A DNA stretch of 33,044 nucleotides from Barthelona sp. PAP020 (taxonomy: Eukaryota): the NCBI GenBank assembly GCA_040182905.1, contig JARQWU010000099.1:1-33044 (forward strand), read 5' to 3'. The position numbers and the translations under genes were made by a program. The notes below the pieces were generated by a model. That model did no database searches, was not told where the DNA came from, and was given only the letters and a program-made list of their open reading frames with translations. Positions within the stretch are counted from its first letter, which is position 1, and each line of letters begins with the position of its first letter. Shown piece by piece: positions 9,808 to 19,666 of the stretch.

Positions 9808-10983
9808 TTAATCAGTTGGTGATTTTTTAAGTTGAGTATTTTTAAGTTTTCTTCTTTTTTCTGCAACCAAAATTGTCGGCTCTCTTCCCTCAATCTCCAA
9901 TCGTCTCTTTTGCCTGTCTTCTCTTTCTTCATCTTCAACTTCCTTTAAAGTAACAATTTTCCCTTTGAAATTGATCATTTCTTCCACATCCAACACCTTT
10001 AATGAAAGATTTTGATGTTCTAAATCGACATCACCCAATAAATTGATGAGTATTTGGTCGTTTTTATTTTCAAATCTCAGTTTTCTAAGTTGTGCAAGCT
10101 TGTTTTTGGTTAAAGTTTGAGCAATTTTATAATTATTCAATGCGATATCCAATGCTGTTCCCAAAATTTCCCAACATTCTGCAATTTTTGTGTAACATTC
10201 CGCTAACTCATAAGCTTCATCACCAAATATGTCTTTTCTTACCTCTAAACTAGAAGAAAACTCATCAATCGCTTGTTGAAAAAATTCTCCTTGCATTTTG
10301 ATTTCTCCAAGACGATAATATACAGTACCTAATAGTTCAGCTTGTTCCCTTGTCAAACTTTTCAGATCCTTTTGCTTCAGCAAAAATCTTGCAGTTTCTA
10401 GATTTTGCCATGCCAATTGAAAATCATCTTCTGCTGCATTCATTTCTTTCTTTTGCATATTATGCATCAAAGTTTGTGTAAGTGCTTCAATATCAATTTG
10501 GGGAGCCTCATCCTCATCTATTGTTGCCTTTGCCTCATTTAAAACATCACTTTCATCCATTCCCAACTGCTCTTTATCATCATTATCTTTTAAATTGTCA
10601 TCCTTTCCAGACATGTCTTCGAATTTTTCCTCTTTCTTCCTATTTTCCAATTCTAACATGTGCTGCTCTTCTCTTCTGGCTTCATCTAACATTTCCGATT
10701 CTTCAATTTGTAAATTAGGTGCTATAGTTATTGGAACAGTTCCACCAAACCTTTTGATAGTATTCAAAGCTGCATTGCCAAAAACATCAATATTTTGTTC
10801 TGCATACTTTAACATTGCTTCTCCATATTTATAATATAATGGAGCAAGCATAATGTCATCACTATCAACAACATTTTCAATCAAATATTCAATAGCTTCA
10901 CAATAAAACGTTGCAGCTTCACTAAAACGATCAATTTTCATAGCTTGATCTCCATTTAATTCATATTCTTCTCCAAGATTCAT
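9808..10983 (-). CDS. NASP: NASP/Sim3/Hif1-family histone H3-H4 chaperone (SHNi-TPR)
   Basis: TPR with LYYKYGEAML, an acidic insertion, the DDFQLAWQNLETAR signature, VYYRLGEIKMQGEFFQQAIDEFSSSLEVR and a basic C-terminal NLS-like KRRK. Confidence 0.85.
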   Translation of the reverse strand: MNLGEEYELNGDQAMKIDRFSEAATFYCEAIEYLIENVVDSDDIMLAPLYYKYGEAMLKYAEQNIDVFGNAALNTIKRFGGTVPITIAPNLQIEESEMLDEARREEQHMLELENRKKEEKFEDMSGKDDNLKDNDDKEQLGMDESDVLNEAKATIDEDEAPQIDIEALTQTLMHNMQKKEMNAAEDDFQLAWQNLETARFLLKQKDLKSLTREQAELLGTVYYRLGEIKMQGEFFQQAIDEFSSSLEVRKDIFGDEAYELAECYTKIAECWEILGTALDIALNNYKIAQTLTKNKLAQLRKLRFENKNDQILINLLGDVDLEHQNLSLKVLDVEEMINFKGKIVTLKEVEDEEREDRQKRRLEIEGREPTILVAEKRRKLKNTQLKKSPTD

Positions 10984-11241
10984 TTAATAAATCAAAATGT
11001 GGCAAATAAATTATATATTAATTTTATAATATTTATAATGTGTCAATAATCTAATAAAAATAATCAAACAACAGTAATACAGTTTATAATTAAATTAAAA
11101 AAAAGTATATTCATACAAAAAAATTTTTGTCGCAATGTATATTTGAGAAAAACATGAAATTCATTAAAAGCAATATGTTAACCTAAACAGTGATTTTTGT
11201 ACACAATAATAAATAAATGACAAAGAAAGAATTGTAGATGT

Positions 11242-11752
11242 TCATTGAACAATTTCCAAATAAAAATCATGCGGTGTTTCCCATTCATAACCTGGCCAAT
11301 CAATTCGATTTAGGTCAGACATATCATTGACTGAGGTAAAATAGTCGATTTTTGCATACTTATTGGTAATGGCTGTTCTGTAATAATTAGGATCATACTT
11401 AGTATTTAAGACTAAAATCACAACAATAAATGTCACAAAGAATCGATCCATGTGAGTGACAAATGAAAGAAATTTGTGGATTTTATTATTTTGGATTGAT
11501 AATATATATTCACATAACACAAATATAAAGAAGTATAAAGCAGAATGATGATCAAGAAAAGGAAAGAATCTGAATATTTTAGGTAGAATTGAGATTCTTG
11601 TTGACTCTTGTGAACTGAAACAGAATATATACAAATATATATCAATTAGATTGATTAATGAAAGAAAACAATATATATTTACCAAAAGAAATACAAGAAA
11701 AAAATCCAAGAGAAACAAAAAAGACCAAAGATGTTAATGCCAATTTTTTCAT
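11242..11752 (-). pseudogene. Signal-peptide gene or frameshifted pseudogene with a candidate 68-nt GT-AG intron (11615-11682)
   Basis: The ATG at 11752 reads MKKLALTSLVFFVSLGFFSCISF, followed by GTAAAT...CTAAT...TTTCAG. Downstream coding-like segments fall in different frames. Confidence 0.4.
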
Positions 11753-11815
11753 AGTTTCTCCTTTTTTGCCAAAATTTGATAGTGCAACTATTGAATGAAT
11801 AACACAAGGTTGTCA

Positions 11816-12412
11816 TTATATTGCAAAATCAACTTCTGGAGGCTTAAATAAATTTCCCTCAACAGAAAAATCCAATAACTTCGATTCTGCCAACGATTTT
11901 TTAATTTTTCTCCAATGTAGGAAAAACACAATTGAAGCAAAAACATTGACAACTAACCACCATATTTCTGAAATTCCATAATTTCCCCATTGATGTGGTG
12001 AAGGAAATGCATGAAATATTGCAGTGTGATATGCTGTTATCCAAATTTTATAACTGAAAGGAGCAAATGGGCAAACTTCATGAGCCGTTAAATAATCGAG
12101 AAGAATGTGACTTCCGTATCCTACATATACATGATAAATATAATAGTTTTGCTTTGTTATTTTACTGCAAATAAAAGCGATCCAAGGAGCAGCTAAAATC
12201 AACATAAAAGGTTCTTGAAACCAAGTTCTGAGATGTGATGATGGATTTCCCATAAGATATCCAAAAATCATATCAAAATCAATGCATACAGCAAAAACAA
12301 TTGAAGAAATAATGAGATACCGTAATTTCCTTTGTTTGTATAATTTCAAAATAAAATACTCAATAATAAATAATATATTGAAGGCTGTGAAAAAATGGTT
12401 GAATGAATTCAT
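11816..12412 (-). CDS. Membrane-bound metal-dependent hydrolase (YdjM/DUF457-like)
   Basis: N-terminal His (NHF), IDFD, HLRTWFQEP and SHILLDYLT, with several TM segments; this is the H..D.D..HR..H..D pattern of the family. Confidence 0.75.
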   Translation of the reverse strand: MNSFNHFFTAFNILFIIEYFILKLYKQRKLRYLIISSIVFAVCIDFDMIFGYLMGNPSSHLRTWFQEPFMLILAAPWIAFICSKITKQNYYIYHVYVGYGSHILLDYLTAHEVCPFAPFSYKIWITAYHTAIFHAFPSPHQWGNYGISEIWWLVVNVFASIVFFLHWRKIKKSLAESKLLDFSVEGNLFKPPEVDFAI

Positions 12413-12599
12413 GTGTTGTACAATTTAAATATGAATGAAGTGAAAAAAAAGTTTTTGTATTTTTAGTTTTAAAAAAAGATAACTGTGCAAGGAATATTTA
12501 TATACATTTGAATAAAAGTGTAATTTATTTGAAATTTATTGTGTTACCATTGAATAAAATAAACCATTTTTTTTTTTTAATTGAAATCAAACTAAAGTG

Positions 12600-13613
12600 A
12601 TGTTTGATGGATGCAATCAAGATTTAGTGTATGCTATAATGAGTTTATTGATTGATTCCGGTATTGAGCAAGTTGATCCACAAGTAATAATATTTTTGCA
12701 TGAATTTATCTCCGATTTAGTCATTGAATGGTTTCAGCCTTTAGTTGAGTCTGTAAGATTAACTAATTTTCCAAGAAGTCGCATGGAATCCAAAATGCAA
12801 CCCGACAGTGAATTTTTGCATCAATTTTTACAATATCACCTGATTAATAGTAATGTTGGAATAACTGATATATTGACGTATAAAAATACGAATAGAATTA
12901 CATTTGAACCTTCTCCTTATATAAACACGATTGTTTTAGATAGTTGTACAATTGATCCGTCAATAACCAACGTGAATGGATTGAAAAACCCTCAATTATA
13001 TAGTGTAGCGGCTGTATCGAATAGTGGTACCAGTTCTTGGCATGTAAATTTGACACAAGATGTTGATGCTGACGATAAAGAAGCTAACAACTTGTTTCAA
13101 ACCAATCAAAAAACAGCAGACAACAACATCAGTGATTGTTTGTTTAGAACTAAATTTGGTGAGACCATACATGACAATGCTGTTCCTGAGTCGTTGAATG
13201 TGGCGCATTGGCCCAAAATACCAACAAAGACATATTTGGCTGATGCTGATTTGAAGACACATCCTACTTTTATCACAAGAAATATTTTTCGGCAGAAGAG
13301 AGATTTTGCTAATCATGCTGCTCATGTAGCCATAGCCAAACTTGACAGATTTGTTGATTCTGAATATGTCATCTCAACAGTTCCATATACAAAACCAAGC
13401 CTATCATTGAAGAATGAAACGTTCGAATTAAAAGAGGATAGTTATCCTCTTAATCCTGTTGATGATCATAATCTGAATTTATCAAGTCGTTTGTATCAAT
13501 ATGCACCAGCACCTTTTTCTTTGATTCAAAATAAAGAAAAAGAAAAAAATAAGAGAGGTGATCATTATGTTGATATTCCACTGGCTTTTAATGTTGCAAC
13601 AAGAGATGAATGA
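12600..13613 (+). CDS. TAF8: TFIID subunit 8-like (bromodomain-associated histone fold plus TAF8 C-terminal motif)
   Basis: AIMSLLIDSGIEQVDPQVIIFLHEFI is histone-fold-like. HWPKIPTKTY followed by a helix ending AIAKL resembles the TAF8 P.HLP.FP..HTY motif. Confidence 0.6.
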   Translation: MFDGCNQDLVYAIMSLLIDSGIEQVDPQVIIFLHEFISDLVIEWFQPLVESVRLTNFPRSRMESKMQPDSEFLHQFLQYHLINSNVGITDILTYKNTNRITFEPSPYINTIVLDSCTIDPSITNVNGLKNPQLYSVAAVSNSGTSSWHVNLTQDVDADDKEANNLFQTNQKTADNNISDCLFRTKFGETIHDNAVPESLNVAHWPKIPTKTYLADADLKTHPTFITRNIFRQKRDFANHAAHVAIAKLDRFVDSEYVISTVPYTKPSLSLKNETFELKEDSYPLNPVDDHNLNLSSRLYQYAPAPFSLIQNKEKEKNKRGDHYVDIPLAFNVATRDE

Positions 13614-13804
13614 ACAGCCAATCATTGATTGTTTGTTGTTGAAATAGATAAATAGTTAAGTTTTTTTTTGTTTATTCAAAAAGAAAAGAGAATATATTAG
13701 TTTTTGAACCTTATCAATGTGTGAAATATTGTTTATTAGGAATGAAAATAGAATTCAAAAAGAACATAAATTATTTTTCTTTTTTTTCCAAAAACAATTT
13801 TAAA

Positions 13805-15169
13805 ATGTCCTTATTTGACAATTTTTACAGTGAAAGAAAGGAACGTAGCAATAGAAACGACAGAAGACCAAGAGATCACAAAGACAGAAGAGATGATCGC
13901 GATCATAGAGATAGAAGAGATGATAGAGATAGAAGAGACAACAGAGACAACAGAGACAATAGAGACAATAGAGATAGAAGAGATAACAGAGATCGAAGAG
14001 ATAACAGAGACAACAGAGACAGAAGGGATAACAGAGATAACAGAGATAGAAGGGATAACAGAGATCGAAGAGATAACAGAGACTTTGAAGATAGAGACAA
14101 CTCTGATAGACAACGTGCAAGTTCACACTTTTCCAACAAGTCTAATTCCAGATATTCTGGGTCTTTTGATCAGAAGAAACGTCACTGGGAGGAATGTCAA
14201 GCTGAAGCCAAAGGATTTAAATCCAAGAATGACCTTGAAGATGGTGCCAGAAACTCTTATATGTTTAACGGTCAACAACCTCGTTCATCTTTATTGACTG
14301 TTGCATTAAGCGGTTCTATTTTGGATGGAATTCCAACTTTAAGATTAAAAACTCTTGTTGCAGGCAAAATTGCCAGGGCACTATGTAATGCGGCTGTTCA
14401 AGACGTTATTATTGTTCCTAATCGACCTTTATTACCTTTTTCACAAGAAGAAGAAAATAGAGACCACAATCAGTTGTTGTCTCATATCTTAAGATATTGT
14501 GAATGTCCACCATACATGCGGAAGAGGCTATTTCCTCGTCATCCTGATTTGCAGTTTGCTAACAATCTAGAGATTGTCAATACTCCCCATCATATGAGTG
14601 GTGAAGCTATCATAGCTTTTCGTGATGGATTAATGAAGGGAAGTAGCTTTGCCAATGTTGGATTAGTTAGTGACATGCCAGTTGAAGATGAATCACTTGT
14701 CAGATCTGAAAGACAAACATTCAGAATGATTCCCAATGCGGAAAATGCAGAAAAGATTGCAGCATGTTCAAGAATGGCACCATGGCAGGAACAAGGTTTA
14801 TATTGGGGTTTTGACGTTCAAATAGCTGAAAGTCTTGAGGAGTTTTCAAAGAATCTTTCCAATTTTGATTTGGTGATTGATGTAAATACTGCTGGGATGA
14901 ATTTGGACGATATTCTTTTTGATGAAAACAAGGTATCAATCAGAAACAAAATTGTTGACAGTAGAAATGTTCTAATCGTTTTAAATATTGATTCACTTGA
15001 AAATGATGAAAATAAAGACATTTTGGAGATTAATCCAATTGCAAACCAATCAACCAGAAGATTTAAAGAAGAAGATTTGATTTCTGATGCTTTAACTGCT
15101 TTTAGACCTTTATTACATGGTAAATTGAAATTGATTTCTGAAAATAATACTATTGTTAACCAAGAGTAA
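13805..15169 (+). CDS. SPOUT1: SPOUT1/C9orf114 (CENP-32)-family SPOUT methyltransferase with an N-terminal RD-repeat region
   Basis: TVALSGSILD, GKIARAL, LRYCECPPYMRKRLFPRHPDLQFA, TPHH, FRDG, NVGL and GLYWGFDV are present. Likely ATG at 13805. Confidence 0.88.
   Translation: MSLFDNFYSERKERSNRNDRRPRDHKDRRDDRDHRDRRDDRDRRDNRDNRDNRDNRDRRDNRDRRDNRDNRDRRDNRDNRDRRDNRDRRDNRDFEDRDNSDRQRASSHFSNKSNSRYSGSFDQKKRHWEECQAEAKGFKSKNDLEDGARNSYMFNGQQPRSSLLTVALSGSILDGIPTLRLKTLVAGKIARALCNAAVQDVIIVPNRPLLPFSQEEENRDHNQLLSHILRYCECPPYMRKRLFPRHPDLQFANNLEIVNTPHHMSGEAIIAFRDGLMKGSSFANVGLVSDMPVEDESLVRSERQTFRMIPNAENAEKIAACSRMAPWQEQGLYWGFDVQIAESLEEFSKNLSNFDLVIDVNTAGMNLDDILFDENKVSIRNKIVDSRNVLIVLNIDSLENDENKDILEINPIANQSTRRFKEEDLISDALTAFRPLLHGKLKLISENNTIVNQE
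13860..14100 (+). repeat. 9-bp coding tandem repeat AGAGA(C/T)NNN encoding (RDN/RDR/RDD)n
   Basis: Directly visible: AGAGACAAC AGAGACAAC AGAGACAAT AGAGACAAT AGAGATAGA AGAGATAAC and so on, about 20 or more units. Confidence 0.95.
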
Positions 15170-15263
15170 GCCATAATTAATGGCGTAAATCAATAAATAC
15201 GGAATTTATAAAAAAAAAGAAAAGAAAAAAATTTTTTTTTTACTCTTGTTTTAATAATTGGTG

Positions 15264-16256
15264 ATGCGATTTCGAGATGAAATAATCGATTTTTTGCACA
15301 AAAATGAAAAATATGAAATAGAAAATAACAAATTAACAAACATTAGTGAATTGAAAATTGCAAAAGATTGTTATTTTCGAACATGTTGTTATGATGGGGA
15401 AATTAATTGTATTATCAGATATATTAAACCACCATTTATAAGTTCATTATTTGATTCAAATAAAGATAATCCATCTTGGAAAATAAAACACCCAAATTTT
15501 CCAATTTTTTTTGGTTACATACAAGAATTTGGTCAAATAGGGCTTGTTCTAGAATATTACGGCATACCTATGAACGAATATTTGAAAAAAAACAGCAATC
15601 TTTTTTTAAGAGACAGATTATTATTGTTTCGTTGTATTATCAATATTGTCAAGGTTATTGAAGACCAAAATATATTTTTAAATAAAGAAATAACGTTAAA
15701 TGACCTGTTAGTTTTGGATGATAGGAAACCCCCTTTTGGCAAATTCTATGGTCATTGCAACTTGTTTGATTTTGTTGAAGAAAAACAATTTAGAGAAGTT
15801 TATCATGTTGATTATGGTGTTATTCTCAAGGAATTTCTGTTTGCCATTTTGGAAATTGATGAATCTTCGAATTTTGAATGTATTGATAAAATAGATGATG
15901 AAAAGAAGAAGGAAAATCTGACGTTGGCTGTATTCATTAAACAGATACAGTATCTTTTGATAGACACATCACAATTTGAAAAGTTGATAGAATACGTCAA
16001 TGTTATTGTTCGTTTAATCGCTATCATTGAGGCTACATTCAATCAATATATCGACAAAACATATGTCTTTGAAGAAAAATGGACAACAATTATTGAGCAG
16101 GCAATCATTGAGGATTTTCACAGATTGTTTAAATTACTCATTAAAATCGGGTTTAAATTGAATATCAAAGATGATTTACTTCCAAAAGCACGAGAAAATA
16201 AAGCATTGGAATGCATAAATTTATTTGAATCATGGATAGAGGAGTTACCGGAATAA
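15264..16256 (+). CDS. Degenerate protein-kinase-fold protein (pseudokinase) with an ankyrin-like C-terminus
   Basis: IKHPNFPIFFGY...GLVLEYY matches subdomains IV-V and RLLLFRCIINIVKVIEDQNI matches VIa. No HRD or DFG. The C-terminal AIIEDFHRLFKLLIKIGFKLNIKD is ankyrin-like. Confidence 0.6.
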   Translation: MRFRDEIIDFLHKNEKYEIENNKLTNISELKIAKDCYFRTCCYDGEINCIIRYIKPPFISSLFDSNKDNPSWKIKHPNFPIFFGYIQEFGQIGLVLEYYGIPMNEYLKKNSNLFLRDRLLLFRCIINIVKVIEDQNIFLNKEITLNDLLVLDDRKPPFGKFYGHCNLFDFVEEKQFREVYHVDYGVILKEFLFAILEIDESSNFECIDKIDDEKKKENLTLAVFIKQIQYLLIDTSQFEKLIEYVNVIVRLIAIIEATFNQYIDKTYVFEEKWTTIIEQAIIEDFHRLFKLLIKIGFKLNIKDDLLPKARENKALECINLFESWIEELPE

Positions 16257-16612
16257 ACATTTGATATTTTTTTCTTTATTTGTTTGTTTTACAAAATAAT
16301 AGAGCATAATTTGAGTTCAAAAAACGAAAGATTGAAATAGATGGTGAATTTTTGAAAGAAGAATTCATGAATTGCCGGCAAATTCTTTTTTTAATTTTCA
16401 TTCATGCATCGCGTTGTTTTTAGTTTGATTTTATATTTCTGAGGGAAAATAATAACGCAATCCTACATCTTCAAAGAAAAAAAAAAAAACACAAATAAAT
16501 CACAATAACAATGTTTTAATTTTATAATTTGTCAAAATAAGCCATAAATGTTTGTATGCCGTATAAAATTCGGTGAATGAAATTGAAAAGAAAATGAAAT
16601 TTTGATACTCTC

Positions 16613-17308
16613 TCAGAAAACTTCATCATCAGAATTTTCGATATCGCCAACATTGATACCACCAACGTTTTCAAAATATTCCCCATCAACTTCTTCATCT
16701 TCATCCCCAGAATTATTCTCATATTCATCAATTATCTCCTGTTGAGCCTTTAAAATCTCGGTAGGTGTCTCACAGCCCTGATAAATAAGTAAATAATCTC
16801 CATTTAGCTTCAAAAAATTCTCACCCCACTTAAATTTGTTAAGAATCTTTATGGCATCAAATTCTTGTCCACAAATAAATAAACCAGCCGCTAATGCTTC
16901 AACACAGGATAATTTACAAGGTTTACCACAGTTAACTGGATTGGCTGCCAAGAGCCAAGGCAAAAGTCTGTGTTCCTTACATTTTAATTTCGAAACTGGC
17001 GTTTCTTCAATTCGATTCCAACTGCAATCAATAACACCCAAACCATACTTCTCTACTAAATCCTTATCTCCGTTACAAATAAGGTCAACGCCAATAGGAC
17101 TCAACACTACACCACCAAAACCATTTTTGATTGTCAATTCTTCTAACAAATGAAAATGAGACAAACGCTTACCGGTACATTTCTTTGGATCACAATGTTC
17201 AAAATCCCACATTATCAATCTTGTACTTAATTCATCATTTAAATGTGATTCTATATCAGAAACTTCAGATTCTGAATCACTTGAAAAATTTTCGTCACTT
17301 GCACTCAT
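16613..17308 (-). CDS. TSR3: 18S rRNA aminocarboxypropyltransferase
   Basis: MWDFEHCDPKKCTGKRL, VIDCSW, RLLPWLLAANPVN.GKPCKLSCVEALAA and FKWGENFLKLN, with an acidic tail. ATG at 17308. Confidence 0.97.
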   Translation of the reverse strand: MSASDENFSSDSESEVSDIESHLNDELSTRLIMWDFEHCDPKKCTGKRLSHFHLLEELTIKNGFGGVVLSPIGVDLICNGDKDLVEKYGLGVIDCSWNRIEETPVSKLKCKEHRLLPWLLAANPVNCGKPCKLSCVEALAAGLFICGQEFDAIKILNKFKWGENFLKLNGDYLLIYQGCETPTEILKAQQEIIDEYENNSGDEDEEVDGEYFENVGGINVGDIENSDDEVF

Positions 17309-17494
17309 CACTTTAAAAAAAAAATAATCTGTATTAATGCCAAACAAAACTGATTGGCATCAATACATTTTTATTATTTGTACCCTTTATAAATGTATTT
17401 TGAAACAATCGAAAGAAATAAATGGAAAAATAAAAAGGAGTAGATTCCCAGGCAAGCTTGAAATGAAACATTGTATTTTTTTTTCACACTGAAA

Positions 17495-19666
17495 ATGTCT
17501 TCTTTTGTTGAATTACCATTAAAACATGCTGTTGATGTACCCAATTTTTTTAAAGGATTACAGGATGCATTAGATAGTTTCAAATCCTCCATTGGTGTGT
17601 CTTCTCATCAAATTTTTTCATCAAAACTTCCTGAATTGGAAAATTTACGTCGTTCCAGTATCAGTAATTTACCTGCAACTCAAGAAAAATTGGATGCCAT
17701 TCATCAATATTATTCTGTTCTTTTACACGTGGCAAAACATTTTGATGTTAATAATATTCAATTTAATTCTACTTGGAATTCTATATTTGAGCCTGGTCGT
17801 CAAATCAATTCCAATTTTTTTGTTTTTGAACAAGCTAATATTTTATTGCATTATATCATTGTTTTTTTCAATGTTATTGGTAAAAAGGTTCCTAATAACA
17901 ATGATGAAATGGAAAAGACTGCACTTATTGCTCTATTTAGAGACTATCATTTTATTTTAGATGCGATCAAACAACTTCGTGAAATCGTTTCTACTAATGT
18001 TTTTTTAAATATTTCTACTGATTTAAACGTTGAAACCTGTGTAATGTTAGAATATTTGACCAAGGTTCAGATCGTTGTTGTATACAGTAAGATACATCCC
18101 GAAGATGCAGTTGGTGGAAGATACACTCAGTTGAGCTTATTGACAAAAGCTGGTAGTGCTATGCTAAAAATAGGTGTTCAATATTCAAACAGTCCTATGT
18201 ACCATTATCTTAATTATATCATTGGCATGACTTTATATTCTGAAGGTATTTTGTACATGAATCATTCGTACAAGGCGATTTCCAGTGATAATTTTGATAT
18301 TGCTAACTTGTGTGTGAAAAGATCTGGATATTTGGTTGATCAAATGGTGAAATATGCAAATTTATGTGCAGAAGCCACTTCTAATTTGTTTGGAACATTT
18401 GTTGAACGAGCAATGGCCTTGAATTCAAAACTCAGTGAATTGACAAAGGAATTGAAGGCAAAAGAAGAAGCCTGGACTATCAAGCCCAAACCAAGTACTG
18501 TAATGTCTACCGATTTAGGAATTGAAGAAATTTCTCCATTTGGAGAAAAAAAATTAGAGTTTGCTGAAGTGAATATTTTCAAAGGTTTGCAAGATCCTAA
18601 AGCTATTCAATGGAGAGATCAAATGATGCAAAGAGGAAGTTTGATTATTGAGGAAAGCTCAAAGAAGTATTCTGAAATCATTCAAGAGATCACGCAATAC
18701 TTTAGTGAGAGAGGTTTACCTTCCAGTGTCAGTGGAAAATTGACTAAGATGGCATTACCTGCTGATCTGATCAGTCTTTGTGATGAAATTGGCAGTGCTA
18801 ATGTTTTAAAGTTGATATCTGAAACAGATATTGTGCGTGACCAAACAATGGTTGAAGTTACGGACTTATCTCGAGTAATTAACGAAGGTGTTATTCAAGG
18901 ACAGACTGTGATTCAATTTGCTCACAATCCCATGTTCCAACCTTTACTTCAGGAGACCAACAAATACCCAATGTGGCAGGGAGAAGTTCAATCCATTCAA
19001 ATGAAGACGAATCAAGCATTCAATGCAGATTCAATCAACAGAGAACAATATTCAAAACTGGCTTCTTTGCATCAAGATTTGCAAAATTCAGTCGACCAAA
19101 TGTTGGCTAATATCAAAGTCAAAAATGAGATTCCTACCGCTGCAGAACATTTAGTTTCTCAAGTATTGACTGGATGTGAAGAAATCACAAAGAGTCTTGA
19201 TGATGGAAAGAGAACATTCGAGACTGTTTTATTGCAATCTAATAATCAATTGAATGAATTTGTTAAGGCTAATATGAATGGAGATAGAAACGCTGACTTG
19301 CCTGTCTTAGCTTGTGTTGATTATTTGGAGAACTGGAAGAACTCTATTGACATGAATTTCGAACCTTTGAAAACACATTACAACTCTTTGATTAGCTCTT
19401 TTTCTGGATTTACTGAACAAACATCTCAAGCCAGGATCAATGAATCTTTGGGTCATCTGAGAACTGATTTGCAACAATTAGGTCACCTTGTTAGTGAATT
19501 GAAAGTTGGTTTTAACTTTTGGTCAACCATCTTAAAGAGAGCACAAGATTTGAGATGTCAAGTCACCCAAACAAATGCAACAATTGCTCAACAGATTGGC
19601 AATATGCAACAAGTTGTTTCTACATTTGGCAATCAACCCAACGTGCCTGGTTTCTATCCTCAATAG
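17495..19666 (+). CDS. BRO1: BRO1-domain / ALIX-like ESCRT accessory protein
   Basis: LENLRRS, QYYSVL and TWNSIF...FEQANILL match Bro1 motifs. A helical V-domain-like half ends GFNFW, and the protein terminates FYPQ. ATG at 17495. Confidence 0.75.
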   Translation: MSSFVELPLKHAVDVPNFFKGLQDALDSFKSSIGVSSHQIFSSKLPELENLRRSSISNLPATQEKLDAIHQYYSVLLHVAKHFDVNNIQFNSTWNSIFEPGRQINSNFFVFEQANILLHYIIVFFNVIGKKVPNNNDEMEKTALIALFRDYHFILDAIKQLREIVSTNVFLNISTDLNVETCVMLEYLTKVQIVVVYSKIHPEDAVGGRYTQLSLLTKAGSAMLKIGVQYSNSPMYHYLNYIIGMTLYSEGILYMNHSYKAISSDNFDIANLCVKRSGYLVDQMVKYANLCAEATSNLFGTFVERAMALNSKLSELTKELKAKEEAWTIKPKPSTVMSTDLGIEEISPFGEKKLEFAEVNIFKGLQDPKAIQWRDQMMQRGSLIIEESSKKYSEIIQEITQYFSERGLPSSVSGKLTKMALPADLISLCDEIGSANVLKLISETDIVRDQTMVEVTDLSRVINEGVIQGQTVIQFAHNPMFQPLLQETNKYPMWQGEVQSIQMKTNQAFNADSINREQYSKLASLHQDLQNSVDQMLANIKVKNEIPTAAEHLVSQVLTGCEEITKSLDDGKRTFETVLLQSNNQLNEFVKANMNGDRNADLPVLACVDYLENWKNSIDMNFEPLKTHYNSLISSFSGFTEQTSQARINESLGHLRTDLQQLGHLVSELKVGFNFWSTILKRAQDLRCQVTQTNATIAQQIGNMQQVVSTFGNQPNVPGFYPQ

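Noticed and set aside
9781..9808. (TTTGTTTTA)x3 microsatellite
   Set aside because: Trivial low-complexity 3' flank sequence.
13860..14100. Possible CRISPR-like array
   Set aside because: It is a contiguous 9-bp coding repeat with no unique spacers, no cas genes and a eukaryotic context.
13800..14297. Four overlapping ORFs in alternative frames and strands (ITEIEE..., LLSLLS..., LCYLCC...)
   Set aside because: They are by-products of the stop-free 9-bp tandem repeat inside SPOUT1.
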